Of a stretch of DNA of 64,000 nucleotides, positions 1 through 10,304 are shown piece after piece. How positions within the stretch are numbered: position 1 is the first letter of the stretch; each line of letters opens with the position of its first letter. The DNA is from Gammaproteobacteria bacterium. GTDB taxonomy: Bacteria > Pseudomonadota > Gammaproteobacteria > Pseudomonadales > Pseudohongiellaceae. The notes beneath the pieces were generated by a model, which worked only from the letters and a program-made list of their open reading frames with translations, was not told the origin of the DNA and made no database searches. The stretch covers positions 1,782-65,781 of the forward strand of contig JAYQWA010000006.1 in assembly GCA_038148755.1 (NCBI GenBank). Reading direction: 5' to 3'. Made by a program: the position numbers and the translations under genes.

Positions 1-3000
1 AGGTTCTGCAAAAGAATCAACAGCAACAGTGGCATTTACTGGAAAATCCACAACGTCTGCAAATCAAAACCATAGATGCCTTTAACGCCTCAGTTTGTGC
101 GCAACTACCCATTATGAGCGGACTGGGTGGCCAGGCAGATATCATCGAAGATTTGGAAGCGATCTGTCAGGAAGTCATCGAGACAACACTGGTAAAACTT
201 AATGATGAAAGTGAACTCAGTGACTATATCGCTGTATTCCTTTCTCAGCTGGATAACAATCTTGGCCGCGCCAAAAAACTACTTGTCTCTCTGTTATTGA
301 AGCGTGACCAGTGGCTTAATCATATTTTGCATATTAAGCATCAAAATTTGCGCCAAGAGCTTACCCAGAATCTGCAAAGTGTTATTACGGAAACACTGGC
401 AAAGGCCAACAATATTTTACAGCCTTTTTCCTCTGACATTCTAAGCTTAAGCACATTCGCCGCAGAACAACTGACCAAACAGGAGGATAATAGTTTAAAC
501 GCACTTAGTAATAAAAAACTCCCCGGCCTTGAAATAAGTAATGTTGAAACCTGGAAGGCACTTGCTGGATTTTTTCTCAAGCAGGATGGGGAATTTCGCA
601 AAAGCGTCAATAGTAAAAACGGCTTCCCCAAACCAGCTGATGGAAAGAATGCAGAAGAAAAAGCTCTCTTTAAAAACAAAAAAGAAGACTTCTATTCCTT
701 AATTCACAGGTTGCAACAGAAACCTGAATGCCTGGGTGCTTTGCAGGATTTACAAGGGCTGCCTTCATCAGATTACAGACAGAAGGAATGGGAATTTCTA
801 GAGGCTCTGACCCGGGTACTGCTGGATATCGTTGCTGAATTAAATCTTATGCTCAATCAGAGCAATCAGGCAGACTATATACATGTCAGTGCCTGTGCGT
901 TACAGGCCTTGTCGTATGAAGACAGCCTCAGCGATCTTGCTCTGCGACTGGATTATAGAATCAAACATATCCTGGTTGATGAATTTCAGGATACCTCACA
1001 TTTACAAATTGAATTATTAAACCGCTTAACTGCCGGCTGGCAAAAAGGTGATGGCCGCACTCTCTTCATTGTCGGTGATGGTATGCAGTCTTGCTATAGT
1101 TTTCGTAATGCAGATGTCGGCCTCTTTCTGAAAGCCCGTGATGAGGGCATAGGCACTGTAAAACTGCATAGCCTGCAATTGAAAATGAACTTCAGAAGCA
1201 ATGCGGCTATTGTAGGCTGGACAAATCAGGTTTTCAGAGAAGCTTTCCCTCAACAGGACAATATTGTTCATGGAGCTGTTGCCTACAGCCCCTGCAAAGC
1301 TATTAAACCTGAACAAGCACCAGGTGTCAGTACAACACTTTTGTTGGAAACAGCTGATCAAAAAACCGATTTAGAACTGATACGAAAACAGGAAGCCCAT
1401 TTGCTGCTCAGGCAGCTCAAAAAAATATTACAAATTCCTGATGTTTCAATCGCCATCCTGGTAAAAAACCGTAGCCATATTAGAGATATTATTCCTTTAT
1501 TGCGTCAGGCCGGAATTTCATGGAATGCATCTGACATTGACCCCCTAAGCTCCTTCCCTGTCATTAATGACTTACTAAGTCTATTGAAAGCGCTCTCCAA
1601 CCTGGCTGACACAACAGCTTTGCTGGCATTACTGCGAACACCTTTTATAGGCCTCACTTTAGCCGACATTCATCACTTGGCCTTACATGCACAAAAACAT
1701 GAAATCACACTCTGGCAAAGTCTTAATGATTTTCAACAGCAAGATGCTTTAACTGCAGACGCTCAACTACGGCTGCAACGTGTTATGCCAGTTCTCTCTG
1801 AAGCTCATATGGACAGACAAAATCGTCCGTCTCGTGAATGGCTTGAGCAAAGCTGGTTAAAACTGGGGGGGGCGGCCTGCTTACAGAGTGAGCATGAACT
1901 ACACTATATTGAGCGCTTTTTTCTATTACTGGAAGCTGAAACATTTAAAGCACCGATCAAAAATATGCATGCTTTTGAACGTAAGTGTGATACCACTTAC
2001 TTAAGCTCCAATCATGATATCAAGACCTCTTTGCATATCATGACCATCCATAAAGCCAAAGGACTGGAATTTGATTATGTTTTTGTACCGGGACTGGATA
2101 GGGAACCCCGTAGAAATGACAAAGAACTTTTTCTTTGGCAGGAGCACACCAGTGAAAGTTCTGACAGCAAATTATTGATAGCCCCTTTAAATGCAGAAGG
2201 TGAAAAAGATAATCCCACTTATCTTTATCTGAAAAATCAATCAAACATTCGCAGAAAACTTGAAAATACCCGCTTGTTTTATATAGCGGTTACACGCGCT
2301 AAACAACAGGCCTTTTTATTCGGGAAAATAAAAAGTCATGCAACAGGCGGTTACCAACCCCCGGCAGAAAGTTCTTTACTTGCCGCAATCTGGCCTGTTC
2401 TCGATAGCAATGAATTTCTTTTCAGTACTGTTGATATAGAGCAAAACGCAAATACGGTAAGTGAAAGCAAGGCCGACAGTATAAATATCCGGCGCCTGAG
2501 CTCCGACTGGGCGCCTGCAACTGAATTATACTTGCCGACTATTATCTATCCATCCCGAGCCTCAGATACGCAACACCAGCATCTTATTGAAAGAAAAATC
2601 GGCGATATCATTCATGAATTCCTACGACTGAAAGTTGAGAGAGCAATAGATATTCTTGAACCAGACTTCCAGTTAAAACATGAAAATTATTGGCGCGCTT
2701 TACTAAAACCAGTCTGCCCTGATACTGCTGACATCGAACATGCAATTAATCGCATCAAACAGAATCTGACGACCTGCTTGCAACATGATAAGGCCAATTG
2801 GCTATTCGACCATTCACATCAAGACAGCGCCTGTGAAATGGCTGTTAGCGACTACCGTCAACGCTGGCGTAAAGAGCATATAATAGACCGCACTTTCATT
2901 GCTGATGGAATACGCTGGATAATTGATTATAAATCGACTGCCCTGGTGGAAAACCAGCAGCAGGCAGAGTTTTTAAAAATCCAGGAAGAGCATTACCGCC

Positions 3001-3107
3001 CACAGCTTAAGCGTTACGCAGAGCTTTTTGAAGTCATGGACGATCTTCCTGTCAAGACTGTACTTTTCTTCACTTCACTTCCTTATTGGCATGAAATCAG
3101 TCTGTAA
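1..3107 (+). CDS. UvrD/AddA-type SF1 helicase with C-terminal PD-(D/E)XK nuclease (5' end outside window)
   Basis: The frame is open to the window start: nt 3-113 translate to ...LQIKTIDAFNASVCAQLPI, joining the listed ORF. SF1 motifs present: LVDEFQDTS, FIVGDGMQSCYSFRNAD, LKMNFRS, MTIHKAKGLEFDYVFVPGL, FYIAVTRAK. RecB-type nuclease motif at the C-terminus: IIDRTF...IRWIIDYKS. Confidence 0.8.
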   Translation, partial: VLQKNQQQQWHLLENPQRLQIKTIDAFNASVCAQLPIMSGLGGQADIIEDLEAICQEVIETTLVKLNDESELSDYIAVFLSQLDNNLGRAKKLLVSLLLKRDQWLNHILHIKHQNLRQELTQNLQSVITETLAKANNILQPFSSDILSLSTFAAEQLTKQEDNSLNALSNKKLPGLEISNVETWKALAGFFLKQDGEFRKSVNSKNGFPKPADGKNAEEKALFKNKKEDFYSLIHRLQQKPECLGALQDLQGLPSSDYRQKEWEFLEALTRVLLDIVAELNLMLNQSNQADYIHVSACALQALSYEDSLSDLALRLDYRIKHILVDEFQDTSHLQIELLNRLTAGWQKGDGRTLFIVGDGMQSCYSFRNADVGLFLKARDEGIGTVKLHSLQLKMNFRSNAAIVGWTNQVFREAFPQQDNIVHGAVAYSPCKAIKPEQAPGVSTTLLLETADQKTDLELIRKQEAHLLLRQLKKILQIPDVSIAILVKNRSHIRDIIPLLRQAGISWNASDIDPLSSFPVINDLLSLLKALSNLADTTALLALLRTPFIGLTLADIHHLALHAQKHEITLWQSLNDFQQQDALTADAQLRLQRVMPVLSEAHMDRQNRPSREWLEQSWLKLGGAACLQSEHELHYIERFFLLLEAETFKAPIKNMHAFERKCDTTYLSSNHDIKTSLHIMTIHKAKGLEFDYVFVPGLDREPRRNDKELFLWQEHTSESSDSKLLIAPLNAEGEKDNPTYLYLKNQSNIRRKLENTRLFYIAVTRAKQQAFLFGKIKSHATGGYQPPAESSLLAAIWPVLDSNEFLFSTVDIEQNANTVSESKADSINIRRLSSDWAPATELYLPTIIYPSRASDTQHQHLIERKIGDIIHEFLRLKVERAIDILEPDFQLKHENYWRALLKPVCPDTADIEHAINRIKQNLTTCLQHDKANWLFDHSHQDSACEMAVSDYRQRWRKEHIIDRTFIADGIRWIIDYKSTALVENQQQAEFLKIQEEHYRPQLKRYAELFEVMDDLPVKTVLFFTSLPYWHEISL

Positions 3108-3144
3108 AGTCTTTATAATGCGCGCCTCACTTTAGGTGGACATC

Positions 3145-4212
3145 ATGAAGAATACGATTACAGAAAATATTAACATTGCAGCTTTTGAAAAACTTATCTC
3201 TCCTGAAGAGATAAAAGAACGCTTGCCATTACAAGAAGACACACTGCAAAAAGTTCGTCATAGCCGACAGGTTATTCGGGACATACTAGATCGTAAAGAT
3301 CATCGCCTTATTCTGGTTGTTGGGCCCTGCTCAATTCATGATGTTGATGCGGCACTTGATTATGCAGAAAGGTTAAAAAGGCTTTCAGAAGAAGTTAATG
3401 ACACCCTGGTATTGGTCATGCGTGTTTATTTTGAAAAACCACGCACAACAACAGGCTGGAAAGGTCTAATCAATGACCCTGATTTAAATGACAGTTTCAA
3501 AATTGAAGATGGTTTGCATAAAGCCCGGCGACTTTTATTAAAACTCAGCGCTATGGGCTTACCAACTTCCACTGAAGCACTGGATCCCATTTCACCACAA
3601 TACTTACACGATATTATCTCTTGGTCAGCGATTGGGGCCCGCACAACGGAATCCCAGACTCACCGTGAAATGTCGAGCGGTTTAAGTTCGCCCGTTGGCT
3701 TTAAAAACGGCACGGATGGTGGTCTGCAAGTTGCCATTAATGCACTTCAAACGGTATCCAAGCCACACAGATTTCTTGGGGTTGATCCTGAAGGCAAGGT
3801 TTCTATCGTCCATACTGCGGGCAATCCTTATGCTCATATCGTACTAAGAGGCGGCAATAACATCCGAAATTATGATTCTGTTAGTGTCAGTCAGTGTGAA
3901 CAGGCCTGCAACGCTGCCGGCGTAAAAAGCAACATTATGATTGACTGTAGCCATGCAAATTCTAATAAGGACCCAAGCCTGCAGCCTATTGTGCTTGAAG
4001 ATGTCTGCAAACAGATTATAGATGGCAATCAGTCTATTATCGGTCTCATGATGGAGAGCAATATTAAATTTGGGCGACAGGATATTCCTGGTGACCTGAA
4101 TCAACTGCAGTATGGAGTTTCAGTCACTGATGCCTGTATAGATTGGGAAACAACCGAAGCCTGTATTCGGGAAGCACGTAACAAACTGAAAGACATATTA
4201 CCTAAGCGCTAG
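3145..4212 (+). CDS. aroG: 3-deoxy-7-phosphoheptulonate (DAHP) synthase, class I; isozyme specificity not determinable
   Basis: Near-colinear with E. coli AroG as I recall it: LVVGPCSIHD, MRVYFEKPRTTTGWKGLINDP, GARTTESQTHREMSSGLSSPVGFKNGTDG, IDCSHANS. ATG 3145 follows AGGTGGA. The tracked GTG 3136 is less likely to be the start. Confidence 0.92.
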   Translation: MKNTITENINIAAFEKLISPEEIKERLPLQEDTLQKVRHSRQVIRDILDRKDHRLILVVGPCSIHDVDAALDYAERLKRLSEEVNDTLVLVMRVYFEKPRTTTGWKGLINDPDLNDSFKIEDGLHKARRLLLKLSAMGLPTSTEALDPISPQYLHDIISWSAIGARTTESQTHREMSSGLSSPVGFKNGTDGGLQVAINALQTVSKPHRFLGVDPEGKVSIVHTAGNPYAHIVLRGGNNIRNYDSVSVSQCEQACNAAGVKSNIMIDCSHANSNKDPSLQPIVLEDVCKQIIDGNQSIIGLMMESNIKFGRQDIPGDLNQLQYGVSVTDACIDWETTEACIREARNKLKDILPKR

Positions 4213-5314
4213 CGCTTTTATCGGAAATTTTGTCAGTAAATTTTTCGAAATCCGGCAGGCCATCCAAGGTTGTCGTCGGAAAAGCAATATCAGCATCATG
4301 CTCATGAATGATATCTATAATTTTCAGCAAAATATCCTGTTTGACTTCATGGTAATGTACCCAGTCAGTCGTTTTGGTAAAGGTATAAATAAAGAAATCG
4401 AGGGAAGATGCCCCCATCGAATTGAAATTAACAATCAAGGTATTATCACTGTCGATTTCAGCTTGATTCTTTAACATATCTTTGACGGCTACAATAATTT
4501 CTCCCACTTTGGCGGCATCGCTATATCGCAACCCAATCGTTTCATAGATCCGACGATTCAACATGCGGGACGGATTTTCTACAGATATTTTTGTAAAAAT
4601 TGAATTTGGAATATATAAGGGACGCTTGTCAAAAGTCCGAATAATGGTAACGCGCCAACCAATATCCTCAACGGTTCCTTCTATCTCACGATCAGGAGAA
4701 CGTATCCAGTCCCCTACTTTGAATGGTTTGTCCAGATGAATAATCAGACCGCCAAAAAAATTTGCTAATAAATCCTGTGCGGCAAATCCTATAGCGATAC
4801 CTCCTACACCACCAAAAGCTACAACGCCAGTCACACTGATACCAAGCGTTTGTAAAACAACGATACTACCTGTTACCAATACCGAGACACGCAATAAACG
4901 ACCGACAACACGAACCGTTATTTCATCAGAATCTATTTCAGATTTTTTAGCCTTTTTAAGAAAATTTTCTTCAACATTTTTAATCAGCTGAATTAAAAAC
5001 ATCATCAGCAAAAGAATAATTGCAATCTGTTGTACTAGCCCTGAGTATTCAAACAGCTCATTAGCTGCAACAGTCTGTACTATTTCGGCAACAACACTTA
5101 ATCCGATGACCCAAACAAAGAGCGCCAAAGGCTTGCGTGCAGCCAAAATTAAAGCGTCATCCCAGGGATTCTCTGTTTGTAATGATTTTTTTTGGGCTTT
5201 TTTTAATAAAAGCCTTACCAGAAAGTTCACACAGACCGTCAGAAAGACAATAAAAAACACCTGGGCAATCCAGGTGTTTTCTCCAAAATTCAACCAGGAT
5301 AATAATTCTTGCAT
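4202..5314 (-). CDS. MscS-family mechanosensitive ion channel
   Basis: 370 aa. N-terminal TM helices are followed by the MscS beta-domain pattern (FFGGLIIHLDKPFKVGDWI...GTVEDIGWRVTIIRTFDKRPLYIPNS). Confidence 0.85.
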   Translation of the reverse strand: MQELLSWLNFGENTWIAQVFFIVFLTVCVNFLVRLLLKKAQKKSLQTENPWDDALILAARKPLALFVWVIGLSVVAEIVQTVAANELFEYSGLVQQIAIILLLMMFLIQLIKNVEENFLKKAKKSEIDSDEITVRVVGRLLRVSVLVTGSIVVLQTLGISVTGVVAFGGVGGIAIGFAAQDLLANFFGGLIIHLDKPFKVGDWIRSPDREIEGTVEDIGWRVTIIRTFDKRPLYIPNSIFTKISVENPSRMLNRRIYETIGLRYSDAAKVGEIIVAVKDMLKNQAEIDSDNTLIVNFNSMGASSLDFFIYTFTKTTDWVHYHEVKQDILLKIIDIIHEHDADIAFPTTTLDGLPDFEKFTDKISDKSASA

Positions 5315-5325
5315 CTCAGATCTGC

Positions 5326-7998
5326 CTATGAAGATTCTTCAAGCTCAGCATCACTGACCCAGCGTCCTTTAAGATAAAAAGCCTTCCACTTGGTGGGTTT
5401 CCCGTCTTTTTCACTCAGGACATACTGCTCCTTGGTTTTTCGACTAAAACGTACAATAGCCTTATTCCCTTGAGGATCAGTAACAGGCGCTTTTAGAAGA
5501 TAAGCGTATTTGGGATCGATCTGATCCTTAAATGGCAACAATTCTTCAACCAAAGGCGCCCTGGTCTCCCTGTTTTTAGGAAATTTACTGGCGGCAAGAA
5601 AGATACCTGCTGCGCCATCACGCAAGACATAGTAGTCATCTACATTCTGACAGTGCAGCTCTGGCATATGCACTGGATCCATTTTAGGGGGAGCCGGCTC
5701 ACCATTGCGCAACAGTTTTCGGGTGTTTTTACATTCAGGATTGGTACAACCAAAATATTTACCGAAACGACCATTCTTTAATTGCATTTCAGCAGAGCAT
5801 TTATCGCATTCCAGCACAGGTCCATCATAACCTTTCAGTTTGAATTTCCCATTTTCCACTTCATAACCAGGACACTCAGGATTATTCCCGCATACATGTA
5901 ATTTTCGCTGTTCATCTATCAAATAAGAGTCCATGGCAGTATCACAGATCTTGCATCGATGCTTGCTTATCAACAAACGTGATTCCGCCTCATCATCAGC
6001 ATCAACACTGATCGCCTCATCACCTGGTATCAGGTTTATCGTGGATTTACAGCGCTCTTTAGGTGGCAGGTTGTAGCCTGAACAACCCAGGAATACACCG
6101 GTACTCGCCGTACGAATCTGCATGTGTCTACCACATTCAGGGCATGGAATATCCGTGTCAGTTGGCTTATTGGGCCGCATGCCATTTTCTTCAGATTTTG
6201 CCTGTGCCAGTTGATTGGTAAAGCTGGCATAAAAGTCATTTAAAATTGCCAACCAGTCTTTCTTCCCATTAGCGACATCATCCAGTTGCGCTTCCATTTG
6301 CGCGGTAAAGCCATAATCCAGTAAATCAGTAAAATTTTCCTGCAAACGCTCGGTGACAATATCGCCCATTTTCTGTGCATAAAATCGCCGGTTTTCCAGC
6401 GCGACATAACCTCTGTCCTGTATGGTTGAAATAATGGAAGCATAGGTGGACGGTCTGCCAATGCCGCGTTTTTCCAGTTCTTTCACCAGACTGGCTTCCG
6501 TATAACGCGGCGCTGGTTTTGTGAAATGCTGTTTTGGGTGTAATTCAACAAGCGTCAATACATCACCCACTTTAATATCCGGCAGCTCGACGTCCCCTTC
6601 CTTGGTTGATGCAGGAAAGACCCGGGTGTAACCGTCAAATTCCATAATCCGGCCTTTAATACGCAGTTCATAATCACCAGCAGAAAGTAGAATCGTACTG
6701 CTTTTATAGCGGGCCGGGGTCATCTGACAGGCTACAAACTGCTGCCAGATAAGGTTGTATAAACGTTGTGCGTCACGATCCAGAGATGAAAGTATAGAAG
6801 AGTTTTCAGTCACAGTAACGGACGAAGGTCTGATTGCCTCATGCGCTTCCTGTGCTCCCTCCCGGCTGCTATAGGAAATTGCTTTTTCAGGCAGGTATTT
6901 ATCGCCGAAGTTATCCTGAATAAAGTCACGACACATGTTTATGGCATCTGTGCTCAGATGTGTGGAATCGGTACGCATATAGGTAATGTGTCCCGCTTCA
7001 TACAGTCGTTGCGCCATAGTCATGGTTTTCTTGACGCTAAAGCCCAGACGAGTCGATGCCGCCTGTTGCAGTGTGGAGGTAATAAAAGGAGCCTTTGGCT
7101 TAGAAGATGTCGGTTTATCTTCGCGTTGACTGACGCTATAAGTCTCATTGCTGAGCTGGTCAACGGCTTTTTGACTTTCTGCCTCACTGACGGGTTTAAA
7201 TTCTTTACCCTGGAACTTCACTACCTGAAAACTCAGGTTTTCCTGGTTTTGCTCAGTAGCTATCTTTGACTGACCATTACCCTGGACTAGATCAGCAAAC
7301 AATTCCCAGTATTCTTCCGGAATAAAAGCCCTGATCTCTTTTTCACGTTCTACAATCAGACGCAAAGCAACAGACTGGACTCTTCCTGCGGATAAGCCTC
7401 GTGCTACTTTTTCCCAAAGTAAAGGCGAAACCATGAATCCCACAACACGATCTAGAAAACGTCGTGCCTGTTGCGCCTCGACATGTTTCATATCTAGCTC
7501 ACCAGGCTCAGCGAAAGCCTCTTCTATCGCCTTTTTGGTGATTTCATTGAAAACCACCCGCTGATAACGCTCAGGATCACCACCAATGGCTTCCTGTAAA
7601 TGCCAGGCAATGGCTTCTCCTTCCCTATCCAAATCCGTCGCCAGATAAATTTTATCGGCCTGCTTGGCTAATTTTTTTAATTCACGAACTACTGCTTCCT
7701 TGCCCGGTAATATTTGATAATTAGCCTGCCAGTTTTTCTCCGGATTAATTCCCATTCGGGCAATCAGTTGTTCTTTGGCCTTACGTGCTTTATGTATCAC
7801 TTTTTGTTCAGGGCTTAGCTTACGGGTTTCAGCCGCTGCTTTGGCACGGGCTTTCGGATCTGATGATGCTGATGAGCCACTGGTCGGTAAATCACGGATA
7901 TGACCGACACTGGACTTAACGATAAAGTCCTTGCCCAGATACTTATTGATGGTTTTTGCTTTTGCCGGAGACTCGACAATGACCAGAGATTTTTCCAT
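5326..7998 (-). CDS. topA: DNA topoisomerase I
   Basis: 890 aa. TOPRIM N-terminus ([18 protein letters not shown]), active-site region [10 protein letters not shown], and several C-terminal CxxC...CxxC zinc-ribbon repeats. Confidence 0.97.
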   Translation of the reverse strand: MEKSLVIVESPAKAKTINKYLGKDFIVKSSVGHIRDLPTSGSSASSDPKARAKAAAETRKLSPEQKVIHKARKAKEQLIARMGINPEKNWQANYQILPGKEAVVRELKKLAKQADKIYLATDLDREGEAIAWHLQEAIGGDPERYQRVVFNEITKKAIEEAFAEPGELDMKHVEAQQARRFLDRVVGFMVSPLLWEKVARGLSAGRVQSVALRLIVEREKEIRAFIPEEYWELFADLVQGNGQSKIATEQNQENLSFQVVKFQGKEFKPVSEAESQKAVDQLSNETYSVSQREDKPTSSKPKAPFITSTLQQAASTRLGFSVKKTMTMAQRLYEAGHITYMRTDSTHLSTDAINMCRDFIQDNFGDKYLPEKAISYSSREGAQEAHEAIRPSSVTVTENSSILSSLDRDAQRLYNLIWQQFVACQMTPARYKSSTILLSAGDYELRIKGRIMEFDGYTRVFPASTKEGDVELPDIKVGDVLTLVELHPKQHFTKPAPRYTEASLVKELEKRGIGRPSTYASIISTIQDRGYVALENRRFYAQKMGDIVTERLQENFTDLLDYGFTAQMEAQLDDVANGKKDWLAILNDFYASFTNQLAQAKSEENGMRPNKPTDTDIPCPECGRHMQIRTASTGVFLGCSGYNLPPKERCKSTINLIPGDEAISVDADDEAESRLLISKHRCKICDTAMDSYLIDEQRKLHVCGNNPECPGYEVENGKFKLKGYDGPVLECDKCSAEMQLKNGRFGKYFGCTNPECKNTRKLLRNGEPAPPKMDPVHMPELHCQNVDDYYVLRDGAAGIFLAASKFPKNRETRAPLVEELLPFKDQIDPKYAYLLKAPVTDPQGNKAIVRFSRKTKEQYVLSEKDGKPTKWKAFYLKGRWVSDAELEESS

Positions 7999-8053
7999 TA
8001 ATTTTTCGCTTTACTGCCTGCTTACATTAATACCAGTAACTTAAGGGGCGACA

Positions 8054-8083
8054 TAAATAAAGGTTATAGTGCGACCCTGTCAA
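8054..8083 (-). promoter_or_regulatory. Candidate sigma70 promoter for topA (perfect -35 TTGACA, weak -10 TTATTT/TATTTA at 17-18 nt)
   Basis: Minus strand reads AAGCTTGACAgggtcgcactataacctTTATTTATG about 55-85 nt upstream of the topA ATG. The -10 element is poor, so this is only a candidate. Confidence 0.3.
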
Positions 8084-8237
8084 GCTTTTGTTTACATTAA
8101 AAAATACTTAAACACCAAAATAAGTCTTATAACTTGCTAAAATAAATGACTATTTTAGAGGTGGAATTATTTTCCTGCCGACAGCAGCATCGGTAGAAGC
8201 CATTTGATGCGAGATTCAAGTGGCAAGGCAAGCCTGT

Positions 8238-9317
8238 TTAAAGTGGCACTTCCATGGTCCAGCCGTTATTATCCTCACGCTCACCGCTTTGCAACTGACG
8301 AAGCAAATCGTAAAGTTTCTGCATAACCGGCCCGACTGCTTCTCCGTTTCCATAAAAATTATGCCATTGCTCATCCAGCCAAATTTTGCCTACCGGAGAC
8401 AGTACAGCTGCAGTACCACAGGCAGCAACTTCTTCAAAACTGTCTATCTCAGCACGCAAATCTATTGGCCTGGCTTCTGTTTGCATACCAAGGTCACGTT
8501 CTGCGATTTCCATAATAGAGCGGCGGGTTATACTCGGCAAAATGGCATCTGACTTTGGCGTAATCAATTTATTTCCGGCCTGGGAAATGATTATGTTGGC
8601 TGAACCGGCCTCTTCCAGATAGCGGTGCTCGGCAGCATCCAGATACAGTGCCTCATTAGCTCCCAGCTCTTTGGCTTTACGGGTTGCATACAAGCCTCCC
8701 GGATAATTGGCGCCGGCTTTAATATCGCCAGTACCATGTGGTGCAGCCCGGTCAAAATCAGAAACCGCCAATGAAATGAGAGCAAGCCCACCACTTTTAT
8801 AATAAGGACCAACCGGTGTAACCATGACTCTGAATTCGTAGCATGATGCCGGTTTCAGACCCATATTCTCGCCAATGCCGATAAGCAAAGGACGCACATA
8901 AAGGGAAGCACCACTGCCATAGGGTGGAACCCAGGACTGATTTGCCCTGACTGCCTCCATGACTCCACGCAAAAACAACTCGTGGGGAACCTGTGGCATG
9001 GATAAACGCTCAGCCGTTATCTGCATACGTTGTGCATTTAATTCAGGTCTGAACAATAAAATCCGACCATCTTTTGCTGTTTGCGCTTTTAAACCTTCAA
9101 AACATTGTTGCGCATAATGCAGGGCTGTGGCGCCCTCATGAATCTGAATAAATTCAGAGCTGACAAGCTCACCTTCGGACCATTGACCATTTTCATAAAT
9201 TGCAGAAAAACGATAATCTGTCTTGGTATATTCAAAACCAAGATTTTTCCAGTCGAGATTCTGCTTGGTTGAAGCTAGCACTGTCTTAACCCTATTTAAT
9301 TCGAAAAAAAGACGCAT
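8238..9317 (-). CDS. ilvE: Branched-chain amino acid aminotransferase (fold type IV, long form)
   Basis: 359 aa. Motifs QCFEGLKA, YVRPLLIG, GTGDIKAGANY and EEAGSANI are typical of the IlvE/BCAT family. Confidence 0.88.
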   Translation of the reverse strand: MRLFFELNRVKTVLASTKQNLDWKNLGFEYTKTDYRFSAIYENGQWSEGELVSSEFIQIHEGATALHYAQQCFEGLKAQTAKDGRILLFRPELNAQRMQITAERLSMPQVPHELFLRGVMEAVRANQSWVPPYGSGASLYVRPLLIGIGENMGLKPASCYEFRVMVTPVGPYYKSGGLALISLAVSDFDRAAPHGTGDIKAGANYPGGLYATRKAKELGANEALYLDAAEHRYLEEAGSANIIISQAGNKLITPKSDAILPSITRRSIMEIAERDLGMQTEARPIDLRAEIDSFEEVAACGTAAVLSPVGKIWLDEQWHNFYGNGEAVGPVMQKLYDLLRQLQSGEREDNNGWTMEVPL

Positions 9318-9469
9318 TATAGCGACATGACTTATGATTCACACAAATTTTTTTATTAAGCCCCCTTCCATATTTTATTTTTGTGATACTCAGATAAGTT
9401 TTTATCTGGCATTCGGAGGCTGCTGACCATAGTATTGCTCTTTTTTTTTAAATGCCTGACTGCTAGGAC

Positions 9470-10282
9470 ATGACACAAGCCTTACAACAAGAGAAAGCCA
9501 CATTGATTGATATTGGCGCCAACCTCAGTCATGAGAGTTTTCGTGATGATTTTGATCAGGTGATAGAGCGTGCCAAAACAGCAGGAATAGAAAAACTCAT
9601 ACTCACCGGCACCGATACAAGCAGCAATCAAAGGGCTATCGAATTGTGCCAGCTCTACCCGGACTACCTCTTCAGTACAGTTGGTCTGCATCCCCATGAA
9701 GCTGATAATTATACAAATGAGCTCCTGGCAGATTTACGAGAACAAGCCATGCATGACTGTGTAAAATCTTTAGGCGAAACGGGCCTCGACTTTAATCGTA
9801 ACTACTCCAGTCCGAAACATCAGGAACATGCCTTTACCGAACAGCTAGGCCTGGCTGCTGAGCTAAACATGCCCGTTTTTTTACACCAGAGAGATGCACA
9901 TGAGCGTTTTTTACCCATCCTCAAAGATTACCGGGAGCATTTATCCAAAGTCGTTGTGCATTGTTTTACCGGGAATAAAGCTGAACTTTTTGATTACCTC
10001 GATATGGATTTATACATTGGTATCACCGGCTGGATTTGTGATGAACGTCGTGGTTATTCGTTACACCCGCTGTTAAAAGAAATACCTGCCAATCGTCTTA
10101 TGCTGGAAACCGACGCCCCTTATCTCATGCCGCGCAATATAGAGCCTAAACCCACTACCCGACGAAATGAACCGGCAAATTTGCCCTTTGTGCTCGCCAT
10201 GGTGTCCAAATGCCTCGAAAAAAAACCGGAAACTGTTGCAAAGCAGACATCCAGCAACGCCAGGGATTTTTTTGCTCTATGA
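9470..10282 (+). CDS. TatD-family metal-dependent hydrolase/DNase
   Basis: 270 aa. Motifs LIDIGANL, GLHPH, GETGLDF, FLHQRDA, VVHCFTG and LMLETDAPYL match the TatD/YjjV pattern. Confidence 0.85.
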   Translation: MTQALQQEKATLIDIGANLSHESFRDDFDQVIERAKTAGIEKLILTGTDTSSNQRAIELCQLYPDYLFSTVGLHPHEADNYTNELLADLREQAMHDCVKSLGETGLDFNRNYSSPKHQEHAFTEQLGLAAELNMPVFLHQRDAHERFLPILKDYREHLSKVVVHCFTGNKAELFDYLDMDLYIGITGWICDERRGYSLHPLLKEIPANRLMLETDAPYLMPRNIEPKPTTRRNEPANLPFVLAMVSKCLEKKPETVAKQTSSNARDFFAL

Positions 10283-10304
10283 ACTTTGCTATATTTCCCG
10301 GGCT

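Noticed and set aside
9391-9408. Perfect 7-bp hairpin CAGATAA-gttt-TTATCTG in the divergent ilvE/tatD promoter region.
   Set aside because: It is short and AT-rich with no known operator consensus that I can match (not Lrp-like beyond AT-richness). It cannot be interpreted without comparative data.
10167-10304. N-terminal 46-codon extension of the peptidase ORF, overlapping the end of tatD.
   Set aside because: The extension overlaps tatD coding sequence in another frame and is Cys/Pro-rich nonsense. ATG 10305 gives a textbook twin-arginine signal peptide.
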